From Ignavibacteriaceae bacterium (GTDB lineage: Bacteria; Bacteroidota; Ignavibacteria; Ignavibacteriales; Ignavibacteriaceae), in the NCBI GenBank assembly GCA_035478175.1, contig DATIJX010000031.1, forward strand, positions 2,854 through 66,853: 64,000 nt of DNA, given 5' to 3'. Shown in pieces: positions 40,408 through 49,635 of the stretch. The position numbers and the translations under genes were made by a program. Below the pieces are notes generated by a model. That model saw nothing but the letters and a program-made list of their open reading frames with translations. It had not been told where the DNA came from and did no database searches. How positions within the stretch are numbered: the first letter of the stretch is position 1; every line of letters starts with the position of its first letter.

Positions 40408-41181
40408 GTGAACAAAGATATTTTTCAAATACTGGGTAAGAGGTCCTCATCATTTCTTGAAGAGTTTGGACAAATTTTTCTCCTGCTATTCAGAATGGTA
40501 AAAAATTTTAAAAACATTCACAGAACCCGCAAGCAGATTCTCTATCAAATGCAGCATATTGGTGTTGATTCACTTCCACTGGTAATTATCATTTCAATAT
40601 TTACAGGTGCAGTTGCAGCCTGGCAGGCAGCTTATCAGTTAAAAGGCATTGCTCCTCTTTCATTATTAGGTGGGACAACAAGCAGAGCAATAATAACTGA
40701 ACTCGGTCCAGTGTTAACTGGAATAGTAATAGCAGGCAGAGTCGGTGCATCAATAGCTGCAGAACTTGGAACAATGAAAGTCACTGAACAAATTGATGCA
40801 CTTGAAATTATGGCTATCGATCCGGTAAGATATTTAGCGATGCCCCGATTTTTAGCTGCTTTATTGATGATGCCGATATTAGTGATTTTTGCAAATACAA
40901 TCGCTGTGGCCGGTGCGTACGTAGTGTCGGATTATTTTCTACAGGTACCTTATAATGTTTTCTTCGGTTCAGTGAGGCAGTTTTTTGAATTCTCTGATCT
41001 TACAGGTGGTTTAATAAAAACTGTTGTATTTGGAGGAGTTACTTCATTATTAGGTTGTCACATCGGTTTTAGAACATCAGGCGGCGCAGAGGGTGTAGGA
41101 CTTTCAACCATTCGTTCTTTTGTGTTATCTGCGGCACTGATTTTAATTCTTGATTATTTCTTATGGACTTTACTTTTTTAA
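40408..41181 (+). CDS. mlaE: MlaE-family ABC transporter permease
   Basis: 257 aa with a GTG start. GPVLTGIVIAGRVGASIAAELGTMKVTEQIDALE is the MlaE signature region. Confidence 0.85.
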   Translation: MNKDIFQILGKRSSSFLEEFGQIFLLLFRMVKNFKNIHRTRKQILYQMQHIGVDSLPLVIIISIFTGAVAAWQAAYQLKGIAPLSLLGGTTSRAIITELGPVLTGIVIAGRVGASIAAELGTMKVTEQIDALEIMAIDPVRYLAMPRFLAALLMMPILVIFANTIAVAGAYVVSDYFLQVPYNVFFGSVRQFFEFSDLTGGLIKTVVFGGVTSLLGCHIGFRTSGGAEGVGLSTIRSFVLSAALILILDYFLWTLLF

Positions 41182-41292
41182 TTTGATTTTAATCTAATGA
41201 AAACATTCTGTGACTTTAATCAATTAAGAGTTTAAATTCTCTTTAAAATTCAGTACCATGGATTTATATTTAACAAAATTCTGGAGCAAACA

Positions 41293-42381
41293 ATGGAAGC
41301 AATCCAATTCAATTTAAAAGAAAGAAAAACCGAAGTTATCCTGCCTGAATCTCTTGGCTTCGGAAAAATTTTTACCGACCATATGTTCGAAATGGATTAC
41401 AATGAAAAGCTTGGATGGCATAATCCTGCAATCCGTCCGGTGGAAGATTTACAAGTTCATCCGGCTTCAATGTTCATTCATTATGGTCAGACTGTATTCG
41501 AAGGATTAAAAGCATTCAGACAGGATTCAGGGGATGTGGTTATTTTCAGACCCGATAAACATCTTGAAAGATTGAATAATTCTTCAAGACGGGTTTGTAT
41601 CCCTGAGGTAGATGTTGATTTTGTCCTCGAAGCATTGAAAGAACTGATAAACATCGATAAAAACTGGATTCCAACTAATCGAGGGGATTCTTTATACATT
41701 CGACCTTTTATTTACGGATCAGATCCTTTCCTAGGAGTTAAACCAGCAAAAGAGTATAAACTAATTTTACTTTTATCTCCGGTCGGTGCCTACTATCCCG
41801 AGGGTTTCAAGCCAGTAAAGATTTTAGTAACTGATGAATACGTTAGAGCTGTTAGAAAAGGATTAGGTGATTGTAAGACTGCCGCAAATTACGCAGCAAG
41901 TCTTTTAGCTAGTCAGGAAGCTGTTAAAAAAGGTTTCACCCAGGTCTTATGGCTTGATGGTGTTGAACAGAAGTATATTGAAGAAGTTGGGACTATGAAT
42001 ATTTTCATCAATCTTAAAAATGAAATTGTTACTCCAAAGTTAAATGGCAGCATTCTACCTGGCGTTACAAGAAGATCCGTAATTGAGATACTCAAAGAAT
42101 GGAAGATGAATATCGTAGAAAGAGATATCACAATTGATGAAGTTGTGAATGCATATGATAAGGGAAATTTAATTGGTCTTTTTGGAACCGGTACTGCAGC
42201 TATAATATCTTCAGTTGGCTGGTTGACTTATAAAAACAAGCAAATGGTCTTTAACGATGGAAAACCAGGAGAACTAGACCTCAAACTTTTCAATGAACTT
42301 ACATCAATTCATTATGGATTAAAGGAAGATACTCACGGCTGGTTAATGCCTGTCGAACAGAAAGAAGTTGTCATCTCTTAA
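41293..42381 (+). CDS. ilvE: branched-chain amino acid aminotransferase
   Basis: 362 aa class IV aminotransferase (FEGLKAFR, YIRP, AKTAANYAAS, EVGTMNIF, GVTRRS). Confidence 0.9.
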   Translation: MEAIQFNLKERKTEVILPESLGFGKIFTDHMFEMDYNEKLGWHNPAIRPVEDLQVHPASMFIHYGQTVFEGLKAFRQDSGDVVIFRPDKHLERLNNSSRRVCIPEVDVDFVLEALKELINIDKNWIPTNRGDSLYIRPFIYGSDPFLGVKPAKEYKLILLLSPVGAYYPEGFKPVKILVTDEYVRAVRKGLGDCKTAANYAASLLASQEAVKKGFTQVLWLDGVEQKYIEEVGTMNIFINLKNEIVTPKLNGSILPGVTRRSVIEILKEWKMNIVERDITIDEVVNAYDKGNLIGLFGTGTAAIISSVGWLTYKNKQMVFNDGKPGELDLKLFNELTSIHYGLKEDTHGWLMPVEQKEVVIS

Positions 42382-42389
42382 ATTTTAGC

Positions 42390-42423
42390 GGGGTAGAATC
42401 TTTTCAGGCTTCTACCCCATTTC
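42390..42423 (+). terminator. rho-independent terminator after ilvE
   Basis: GGGGTAGAA (42390-42398) pairs with TTCTACCCC (42410-42418), followed by ATTTCAT. Confidence 0.7.
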
Positions 42424-42475
42424 ATCTCTAAATTCTTATAAACTAACCTTTCCCATAAAAAAAATAAAAAACCTC

Positions 42476-42524
42476 TTGACAAGTGTTCATATGTGCACTA
42501 TATTTGCAGTGAACAATTGAGCAC
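42476..42524 (+). promoter_or_regulatory. sigma70-type promoter with two 16-bp palindromic boxes (candidate LexA operators)
   Basis: TTGACA (42476-42481), a 17-nt spacer, then TATATT (42499-42504). GTGTTCATATGTGCAC (42483-42498) fills the spacer. GTGAACAATTGAGCAC (42509-42524) lies just downstream, 5 nt before the lexA ATG. Confidence 0.6.
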
Positions 42525-42528
42525 TACT

Positions 42529-43176
42529 ATGAAAGACAAATTAACAGACAGACAAGAGGATATTCTTACTTTTATAAAGCAATTCACTTTAGAAAGTGGA
42601 TATCCGCCTACTCTTCGTGAAATAGGAAAACATTTTCAAATATCCTCTACCTTCGGTGTTAAAAGACATCTGGAGGCCTTGGTTAAAAAAGGCTTTATAA
42701 ATATTGAAAGCAATGCCAGCAGGGGAATTTCAATGATCAGAAGAAATTCAGAGGATTTAATTGATGCAACATTCAGAGATGACAATGCATTTGTAAAAAT
42801 TCCGGTAATTGGTCGGGTTGCTGCTGGTATACCAATAAATGCTGTGGAAAATTTAGAAGGTTCACTAGTTGTTGATCCTTCCTTTCTTAAAAAAGCAGAA
42901 GATGCATTTGCTCTACGTGTAAAAGGGGACAGTATGATTAATGCCGGAATAAATGACAAAGATCTGGTAATTGTTTCGCCAAGAGAACAGGCTAAGAATG
43001 GAGACATTGTCGTTGCTATGCTAAACGATGAAGCAACGATTAAAAAATTTGAATTCATAAACAATAAAATACGACTCATTGCAGAAAACAACGCCTACTT
43101 GCCGATTGAAGTCAAAAGAGAAGATGACTTCAAAGTTATCGGTAAAGTTAAAGGGGTTGTGCGATGGTTAAATTAG
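42529..43176 (+). CDS. lexA: LexA repressor
   Basis: I place the start at ATG 42529, because the track GTG at 42493 lies inside the promoter. Winged-HTH N-domain (LTDRQEDILTFI...GYPPTLREIG), VAAG cleavage site, GDSM Ser and ATIKKF Lys. Confidence 0.9.
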   Translation: MKDKLTDRQEDILTFIKQFTLESGYPPTLREIGKHFQISSTFGVKRHLEALVKKGFINIESNASRGISMIRRNSEDLIDATFRDDNAFVKIPVIGRVAAGIPINAVENLEGSLVVDPSFLKKAEDAFALRVKGDSMINAGINDKDLVIVSPREQAKNGDIVVAMLNDEATIKKFEFINNKIRLIAENNAYLPIEVKREDDFKVIGKVKGVVRWLN

Positions 43177-43190
43177 AAAGGAGCAGCACA

Positions 43191-43439
43191 ATGAAAACAG
43201 ATATTTTTATTCAAGCTATTCGAAACAGAAATAATCTTCAATTCCTTTATGGTTTACAGGAAGTAAATCTTGAACCATACTATATAACAACAAATACTTT
43301 TGGCAGAAAAGTTATTTACGGACGACTCAGAAGTACAAACGAGATAAGAAAATTTGAATACAACAAGATTGCTAATATCAGAATACTTGAATCATTCAGA
43401 TTTTCTCCACTTATTCCAATTAATTCTTTTGCGGTATAA
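43191..43439 (+). CDS. small protein, possibly a stand-alone WYL-like beta-barrel
   Basis: 82 aa from ATG 43191 with an AAGGAG RBS, 14 nt after lexA. LQFLYG...EPYYI...GRKVIYGRL...IRKFEYNKIANIRIL resembles the WYL pattern. This is by eye only. Confidence 0.5.
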   Translation: MKTDIFIQAIRNRNNLQFLYGLQEVNLEPYYITTNTFGRKVIYGRLRSTNEIRKFEYNKIANIRILESFRFSPLIPINSFAV

Positions 43440-43618
43440 GATAGGATAGTGTTATGAACATTTCAGAAAGAAAAGCAATAGATCTTTTAGTCAATGAATT
43501 CTGGCGGCTTGGTTTTTTTACTGTCAGTCGAAGACTTGGTACATATTTGCCTGAACCTGAAGATATAGGAAAATTCAAAGTTGATGTAATTGGAAGGCAG
43601 AAAGAAAAATATGCCATT

Positions 43619-45283
43619 GGTGGATGTCGCATAGGACGCATATAAAAGATACTTCTGGTTAGAATAATTATTTTCAACAAACTGTTCTTAAAGACAATTT
43701 ATATTTTCTATGAAGACCTATTAATAAATCAATAAGAAGAAATAAACCAGTTTGAACAAGCTTTTCAGGAAATAAAACAACCCGCCCCATCTTTTTAAGA
43801 TTTAGAGCAAGCACTATCATCATTATTTCTATAGAGGCTCCTTCAAAACCTTTTCTGCTAAATCTTCTAAAACCTAAATTCCATTTGATGTTACCAAATA
43901 CTCTTTCTACTGCCTTTCGCTGATTCATCTTCTCCGGACTTTGCTTTATTTTTTCTCTCATCAATTCTTTTCTCTCTGTAAATTCCGTTCTGGTAACTCT
44001 TCTTAATTTATTCTTCCTGGCACATAAATGTTTTATTATACAGCCGCTACAATTCTCGGATTCGTAAACTCCCGGTTTTATTTCCTTTAACTGTCTCTGA
44101 TTTGGGCAGCTATATTCATTGGTCCCTTTTGAGTAAGTGAAAAACTCTGATGTTATTGCTTTTCCTCTTTCCAATAATTTCTCCGGCTCGGGTATTGTTT
44201 CCACCTCTCTGGAATCATTTATATATGCATTTACTTTTGCCTCTTCTACATAATCAATTGTTTCTGTTGACATATAGCCCCCATCTGCAAGATATTCTCT
44301 TTGTTCATCTTCACCTAATATCTCCACTGTATTTTGATGCTGCTTACTAAACTGATGGTTATCTGATCTATCCGCCTCAACCGTTGCATTTATAATTATT
44401 TCTGATTCTGTATCTACACTTAATTGAACGTTATAACCATTGGCATTTATTTCCTTCATCATCCGGGCATCCGGCTCTATTATATTTATTTGATGATTTT
44501 CTCTGTTTTCTTTATCCTTAATTTCCTTTTGCCTTCTTGCAAGTTCCTTTTTTGATTCTTCTATTCTTTGCTTTCTTATTTCAAGCCGATTCCGTTCCTC
44601 TTCCAGTTTCTTAATTGCTTTTTCATCTCTGTTTTCTTTTTTGTCGTTTTCTTCTAATAAGTTTAACAACTTCTCTATCTTTCTGATTATAAACTTCTCT
44701 TCTTTTTCCAGAGTATTCATCTTCATACTATGCTTTTTACTGCCCGATGATTGAAACTTACTTCCATCTATTGCTATTGTGCTAAAGGTACTCATTTTGT
44801 TTTCTTTTGCTAATCTTATCAACTGGGGAAGCAGTCCGAAAATTTCTTTTCTAAACTTCTTTAAGAATCTTGCTATTGTTGAATGATCCGGTTTCCGGTA
44901 TTCGGTGAAATATATAAAGTAAACATCTCTTATACATTTCTTTTCAATTGCTCTTGAGCTTAATATTCCTTCTAATGCCCCTAAAATCAAAATCGCAAAT
45001 AAAACCTCCGGTCTATAAGCTACTGCCCCTTGGTCCGAATACCTTTTATATAATTCACTGAAATCTAATTTCTTTATTAGCTTATATAATTTTACCGCTT
45101 CGGATTGTTCATCAACCAAAAAATTTACGTTTGGCTTTTCGAATTGAAATTCTAAATTATCTTTTTGTTCTTTGAAAAATGGCATCTTATTTTTTTATTT
45201 TGTGATATGCCATTTTATTTAAAATATTTTTTTAAAGCAATTAATTTTTTCCCTTTTTAAACTTTTTCTGTGCGACACCCACC
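43619..45283 (-). mobile_element. IS1182-family (IS5-like) insertion sequence, 1665 bp
   Basis: Terminal inverted repeats are GGTGGATGTCGCATAG (43619-) and the reverse complement of CTGTGCGACACCCACC (-45283), with 14/16 matching. It holds a single transposase ORF. I see no target duplication. Confidence 0.8.
43674..45185 (-). CDS. IS1182-family DDE transposase
   Basis: 503 aa. N-terminus YRPEVLFAILILGALEGILSSRAIEKKC...KPDHSTIARF, a coiled-coil middle, a Cys cluster, IAIDGSKF and LADGGY, and C-terminus VERVFGNIKWNLGFRRFSRKG. Confidence 0.88.
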   Translation of the reverse strand: MPFFKEQKDNLEFQFEKPNVNFLVDEQSEAVKLYKLIKKLDFSELYKRYSDQGAVAYRPEVLFAILILGALEGILSSRAIEKKCIRDVYFIYFTEYRKPDHSTIARFLKKFRKEIFGLLPQLIRLAKENKMSTFSTIAIDGSKFQSSGSKKHSMKMNTLEKEEKFIIRKIEKLLNLLEENDKKENRDEKAIKKLEEERNRLEIRKQRIEESKKELARRQKEIKDKENRENHQINIIEPDARMMKEINANGYNVQLSVDTESEIIINATVEADRSDNHQFSKQHQNTVEILGEDEQREYLADGGYMSTETIDYVEEAKVNAYINDSREVETIPEPEKLLERGKAITSEFFTYSKGTNEYSCPNQRQLKEIKPGVYESENCSGCIIKHLCARKNKLRRVTRTEFTERKELMREKIKQSPEKMNQRKAVERVFGNIKWNLGFRRFSRKGFEGASIEIMMIVLALNLKKMGRVVLFPEKLVQTGLFLLIDLLIGLHRKYKLSLRTVC

Positions 45284-45709
45284 GAAGGGATAACATTGAA
45301 TAAAGAGGATATATTTAACCCTAACCTCATCGAGAAAATTAATTACCTGGCTTCAAGAAAAACCAGATTATCAGACAAACCTATTTTGCTGCTCATCGGT
45401 GTACCAAACCTTTACTTCAAACAAGTAAAAGAGCTTTTGTTAAGTGTCGATGAAAAAGTAAAAAGGAATATTAAACTTACCCGGATTCTTGAGGAAGATT
45501 TTGAAAGCCGCCGTAGCATCAGACATACACAACAGATGATTTTTTCATAAATCTTTACTCTCCACGCTCTATTTTTACCTTTCTTACTTGCAGTAATCAA
45601 GATAATATTCATTTGAATATAATAATTTACTTGTAATAGCATCGTTCACCTTGATTTTATAGGCGCACGGATATAATTTTACGGGCTTCATCAAATTAAA
45701 AGTTAAGGA

Positions 45710-46501
45710 TTGGCCAGAAAAAGTACACAATCTGATAAAGCTCTCCAGGAGGACCTTAAGAAGAGCGGCGATATCCCCTCTCATATTGCAATAATTATGG
45801 ACGGAAACGGCAGATGGGCTAAAAGAAGAGGTTTGCCCCGCGTTGCAGGGCATAGGAGAGGGGTAGAAACTGTTCGCGAGATAGTGGAAGTTTGCGCCGA
45901 AGTCGGTGTAAAGTATCTTACTCTTTATACATTCTCAACTGAAAACTGGAAAAGACCAAAGGATGAAGTCTCAACATTAATGAGATTGTTGTTAAAGAGT
46001 CTCAAAGAACGGTTAGATGAACTTAATAAAAACGACATTAAACTAACGTGCATAGGAAACATTGAATCACTCCCGGACGTCGTACAGAAGCAACTTTTTG
46101 AAGATATTGAACGAACGAAGAATAACAAAAGAATGACATTGAACCTGGCCTTAAGCTACAGCGGTCGATGGGAACTTTTAGAAGCAGTTAAATCAATTTC
46201 ACGAAAGGCTGCGGAGGGAAAAATTACTCCCGATAGCATAACAGAAAAAACTATTTCGGATCATCTCACTACTATAAATATGCCCGAGCCCGAATTAATA
46301 ATCAGAACCAGCGGTGAATTTAGAGTAAGCAATTTTCTGCTCTGGCAAATAGCTTATTCGGAATTTGTTATTCTTGATGTTTATTGGCCTGAATTTTCCA
46401 GAAGCCATTTATATGAGGCCATCAGGCAATACCAGAAACGTGAACGAAGATTTGGTAAAGTAAGTGAGCAGATACATAATTCTACAAATGCAAATCATTA
46501 A
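45710..46501 (+). CDS. uppS: undecaprenyl diphosphate synthase
   Basis: HIAIIMDGNGRWA, TLYTFSTENWKRP and RTSGEFRVSNFLLWQ. TTG start. Confidence 0.92.
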   Translation: MARKSTQSDKALQEDLKKSGDIPSHIAIIMDGNGRWAKRRGLPRVAGHRRGVETVREIVEVCAEVGVKYLTLYTFSTENWKRPKDEVSTLMRLLLKSLKERLDELNKNDIKLTCIGNIESLPDVVQKQLFEDIERTKNNKRMTLNLALSYSGRWELLEAVKSISRKAAEGKITPDSITEKTISDHLTTINMPEPELIIRTSGEFRVSNFLLWQIAYSEFVILDVYWPEFSRSHLYEAIRQYQKRERRFGKVSEQIHNSTNANH

Positions 46502-48998
46502 AGGGATTCACATATTGAAGCTTCGTTGGCTGGTGATTTTTTTATTGGCTGGTTTATTTTCTATTACATCCTTTCCACAAGGAACTCAGAAGAGTTATAA
46601 GATTCTTGGTATTTCAGTTGAAGGTAATAAATCAGCTGATGCTGCAACAATTATTGCAAACAGCGGATTGAAAGTTGGCAGTGAGATTCAAGTGCCGGGG
46701 GATCAAACTCTTAGTGCAATCAAACAATTATGGACACTTAATATTTTTTCCGATGTTCAGATCTCAATTGAAAGAGAAATTACGGAAGGAATTTTTCTAC
46801 TTATAAAAGTTGATGAGTACCCCAGACTTGAACGTGTTGCGATAGAAGGAAATGATGAAATAGATACTGAGGATATAGAAGCAAAAATTACTTTCCTGAG
46901 AGGAACGGTCATTTCTCCTCAATCAATTGCAAAATTAAAAATCAGGATAAAAGACCTTTACGCTGAAGAGGGTTTTCTTAATGCGGAGATAAAAGATGAT
47001 ACCTATGATTTCTTCGCTGCAGACACAGTAGATGAAGATATTACTGTAATCTGGCGGAACAAAAAAGATTTCTCTGATGAATATCAATACACCTATGAAA
47101 GCAGTGATCAAATTTATTCGAACCTTATTGATAGAATTAAAGATCGTGTTCTGCTAAAACTTACTATTGAAGAAGGAAATGAAGTTGTCGTCAGGGCCAT
47201 TGAGTTTAACGGTAATACAGTTTTTGATGATGATGAACTTTCTGGTGAGATGGATGAAACCTCCGTTGCTGTTTGGTGGAAATTTTGGTCAAGCGCACAA
47301 TTCAAACCGAAAGATTTTGAAAAAGACAAGCAGCTCATTGTCAATTACTATAAAAAGAACGGTTACAGGGATACGGAATTACTTAGTGATTCACTTATTT
47401 ACTTCAATGATAACAAAGACCTAAGAATCGTTATTAATGTTTATGAGGGTCCTCAATATAAAATTAGGAATATAACGTGGGAGGGAAACACAGTTTATCC
47501 CGATTTTGTACTTAACGAAAGACTTGATTTTGCCAAGGGTGATGTTTACGATTATGAAAAGTTTGAAAGAAATTTACGTGGTAACGAAGCTCAAACAGAT
47601 ATTTCTGCTCTCTACCTTGATAATGGTTATTTGACTTTTAATGCTCAGGCTGAAGAAAAAAGAGTGGCTGATGACTCGATTGACGTTCATATTCGAGTAG
47701 AAGAACGCAACCAGTTCAGAGTTTCACGGGTTGAAATTGAAGGGAACACTAAAACGAAAGACAAAGTAATCCGCAGAGAACTTTTTACTATTCCGGGAGA
47801 TTATTTTAACCGTGCATTTTTATTCAGGAGCGTTCAGCAGCTTGCGAATCTTCAGTACTTTAGTGCAGAGAAACTTTATGGTCCAAGTGGTATAGATACA
47901 AAACTTGAAAGCGATAGTACAGTAGCTATAATTTATAATGTAGAAGAAAAATCAAGCGATTACCTTAATGCATCCGTTGGCTATAGCGGAAGTTTTGGAT
48001 TCAGCGGTTCTATTGGTGTAACTCTCACTAACTTCTCAATCGCAGAACCATTTTCACTTGGCGGTGGTCAGATATTAAATTTTAACTGGCAGTTCGGTTT
48101 TGGAAATATCTATCGTACTTTTACAATCGGATTCACCGAGCCATGGATGTTTGATACTCCAACTTCAGTGGGCGTTGATCTGTTCGATACCCGTCAGCAG
48201 TATGTTTATGATTTACGTCAGACCGGTGCAACGCTAAGAGTTGGCAGAAGATTAAAATGGCCAGATGACTTTTTCTATATTCAGGGAAGAGTCAGATATC
48301 AGTACAATAATGTTTTGCAAGGACAAAATTTCTATCAGGAAGGAATAACTCACCAATACACACTTGGAGCTACAATAAGCAGAAGAAATATTGATAATCC
48401 AATATTCCCATCGCAGGGCTCAGCATTTACACTTGATATGGAAATTTCCGGCGGTCCATTTTTACCCGGCGATGTTGACTATCTGAAAAATACATTTAAA
48501 GCAGAATGGTATAAGAGGTTGTTCAATACTAACAGGCTTGTATTTTATACCGTTGCAGACTTTGGCTATATTGACGAAATTGTAAAGGGCACACCAATTC
48601 AGCCTTTTGAATTTTTCTATATGGGAGGTAACGGTTTAGTTATTGCAACAGTTCCGTTAAGAGGTTATCCGGATAGAAGTGTCGGCCCGCGAAATCAATT
48701 TGGTCAGGTAATAGGAGGAAGGGTTTTCTCTAAAATCGGAGCAGAGATTCGTTTTGCAGTAACTCTTGAACCAATTCCACTATACTTGTTAACATTTGCA
48801 GAAGCAGGTAATGTTTTTGAAAGTTTTGACAAAACAGATATTTTTGATATGAGAAGATCGGCTGGAGTTGGGGCAAGGATATTAATCAATCCCATCGGTT
48901 TAATTGGTTTCGATTTTGGTTATGGTTTTGACCGTAAAATTGTTGATGGAAGAAATCCTGAATGGCTTTTCCATTTTCAATTCGGCAGAGGTTTTTAG
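46488..48998 (+). CDS. bamA: outer membrane protein assembly factor BamA
   Basis: POTRA repeats followed by an Omp85 barrel ending in FHFQFGRGF. I prefer ATG 46488 over the track GTG at 46464. Confidence 0.9.
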   Translation: MQIIKGIHILKLRWLVIFLLAGLFSITSFPQGTQKSYKILGISVEGNKSADAATIIANSGLKVGSEIQVPGDQTLSAIKQLWTLNIFSDVQISIEREITEGIFLLIKVDEYPRLERVAIEGNDEIDTEDIEAKITFLRGTVISPQSIAKLKIRIKDLYAEEGFLNAEIKDDTYDFFAADTVDEDITVIWRNKKDFSDEYQYTYESSDQIYSNLIDRIKDRVLLKLTIEEGNEVVVRAIEFNGNTVFDDDELSGEMDETSVAVWWKFWSSAQFKPKDFEKDKQLIVNYYKKNGYRDTELLSDSLIYFNDNKDLRIVINVYEGPQYKIRNITWEGNTVYPDFVLNERLDFAKGDVYDYEKFERNLRGNEAQTDISALYLDNGYLTFNAQAEEKRVADDSIDVHIRVEERNQFRVSRVEIEGNTKTKDKVIRRELFTIPGDYFNRAFLFRSVQQLANLQYFSAEKLYGPSGIDTKLESDSTVAIIYNVEEKSSDYLNASVGYSGSFGFSGSIGVTLTNFSIAEPFSLGGGQILNFNWQFGFGNIYRTFTIGFTEPWMFDTPTSVGVDLFDTRQQYVYDLRQTGATLRVGRRLKWPDDFFYIQGRVRYQYNNVLQGQNFYQEGITHQYTLGATISRRNIDNPIFPSQGSAFTLDMEISGGPFLPGDVDYLKNTFKAEWYKRLFNTNRLVFYTVADFGYIDEIVKGTPIQPFEFFYMGGNGLVIATVPLRGYPDRSVGPRNQFGQVIGGRVFSKIGAEIRFAVTLEPIPLYLLTFAEAGNVFESFDKTDIFDMRRSAGVGARILINPIGLIGFDFGYGFDRKIVDGRNPEWLFHFQFGRGF

Positions 48999-49035
48999 TT
49001 TAACACAATTCATAATAACATAAGGAAAAAAAACT

Positions 49036-49557
49036 GTGAGAAATTATTTTGTAATTTTATTTGTACTTCTGAGTACTTCACTTTTTGCACAGACCGCACA
49101 AAAAATCGGCTATGTAGATTCTCAAATTATTCTTACTCAATTACCCGAAGCTATAAAAGCTCAAAGTGACCTCGATGCCCTGACCAAAACTTGGTCTGAT
49201 CAGCTTGATTCAATGACACTTGGATATCAGCAATTACTCACTGACTACCAAAAGCAGGCGCAAACAATGACTGATGAGCAGAAATTGTCAAAGCAGCAAG
49301 AACTTATTGCAATGGAGCAGAAAATTCTTGGCTTCAGAAATCAAAAATTCGGACAGCCAAATGGAGAAATTTATCTTAAGCAGGAAGAAATTTTTGAACC
49401 TGTTAAAAGGAAAATTTATTCTGGAATTGAGCAGGTTGCTAAAAGTGAAGGGATGCAGTTTATATTTGATAAGAGCGGAGATATAGTTTTACTTTATGCA
49501 GATGCCGCATTCGATATAACTTTTAAAGTTCTGGATAACCTGAAAAGGGGTAAATAA
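49036..49557 (+). CDS. skp: OmpH/Skp periplasmic chaperone
   Basis: Signal peptide, KIGYVDSQ start, a coiled-coil middle and FIFDKSG near the C-terminus. GTG start. Confidence 0.8.
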   Translation: MRNYFVILFVLLSTSLFAQTAQKIGYVDSQIILTQLPEAIKAQSDLDALTKTWSDQLDSMTLGYQQLLTDYQKQAQTMTDEQKLSKQQELIAMEQKILGFRNQKFGQPNGEIYLKQEEIFEPVKRKIYSGIEQVAKSEGMQFIFDKSGDIVLLYADAAFDITFKVLDNLKRGK

Positions 49558-49635
49558 GTTCATTTGTTTTAATGAGCAGGTTCTTTCTTTTTGTGGAGGA
49601 ACCTGTAATTAAAAATTAAACTCCCCGGAGTCATT

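Larger units (their letters stand above)
43454..45550 (+). pseudogene. gene split by IS insertion (halves 43454-43618 and 45284-45550)
   Basis: The ORF runs into the IS inverted repeat at 43619. The same reading frame is open again from 45284 to the stop at 45550. Removing the 1665-bp IS gives about 143 aa. Confidence 0.7.

Noticed and set aside
42493-42528. Upstream GTG start for lexA given by the ORF track
   Set aside because: The GTG lies inside the promoter spacer and box 1. The conserved LexA N-terminus begins at MKDKLTDRQ (ATG 42529).
42636-43091. 151-aa minus-strand ORF
   Set aside because: It is antisense to lexA, whose product is unmistakable, and it shows no independent signals.
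43420-43680. 86-aa minus-strand ORF across the IS left end
   Set aside because: It spans the junction of the host gene and the IS terminus, antisense to the split gene, so it is an artefact of the insertion.
45412-45853. Two minus-strand ORFs (76 and 89 aa)
   Set aside because: They are antisense to the 3' half of the split gene and to the 5' end of uppS, and they have no RBS or motifs.
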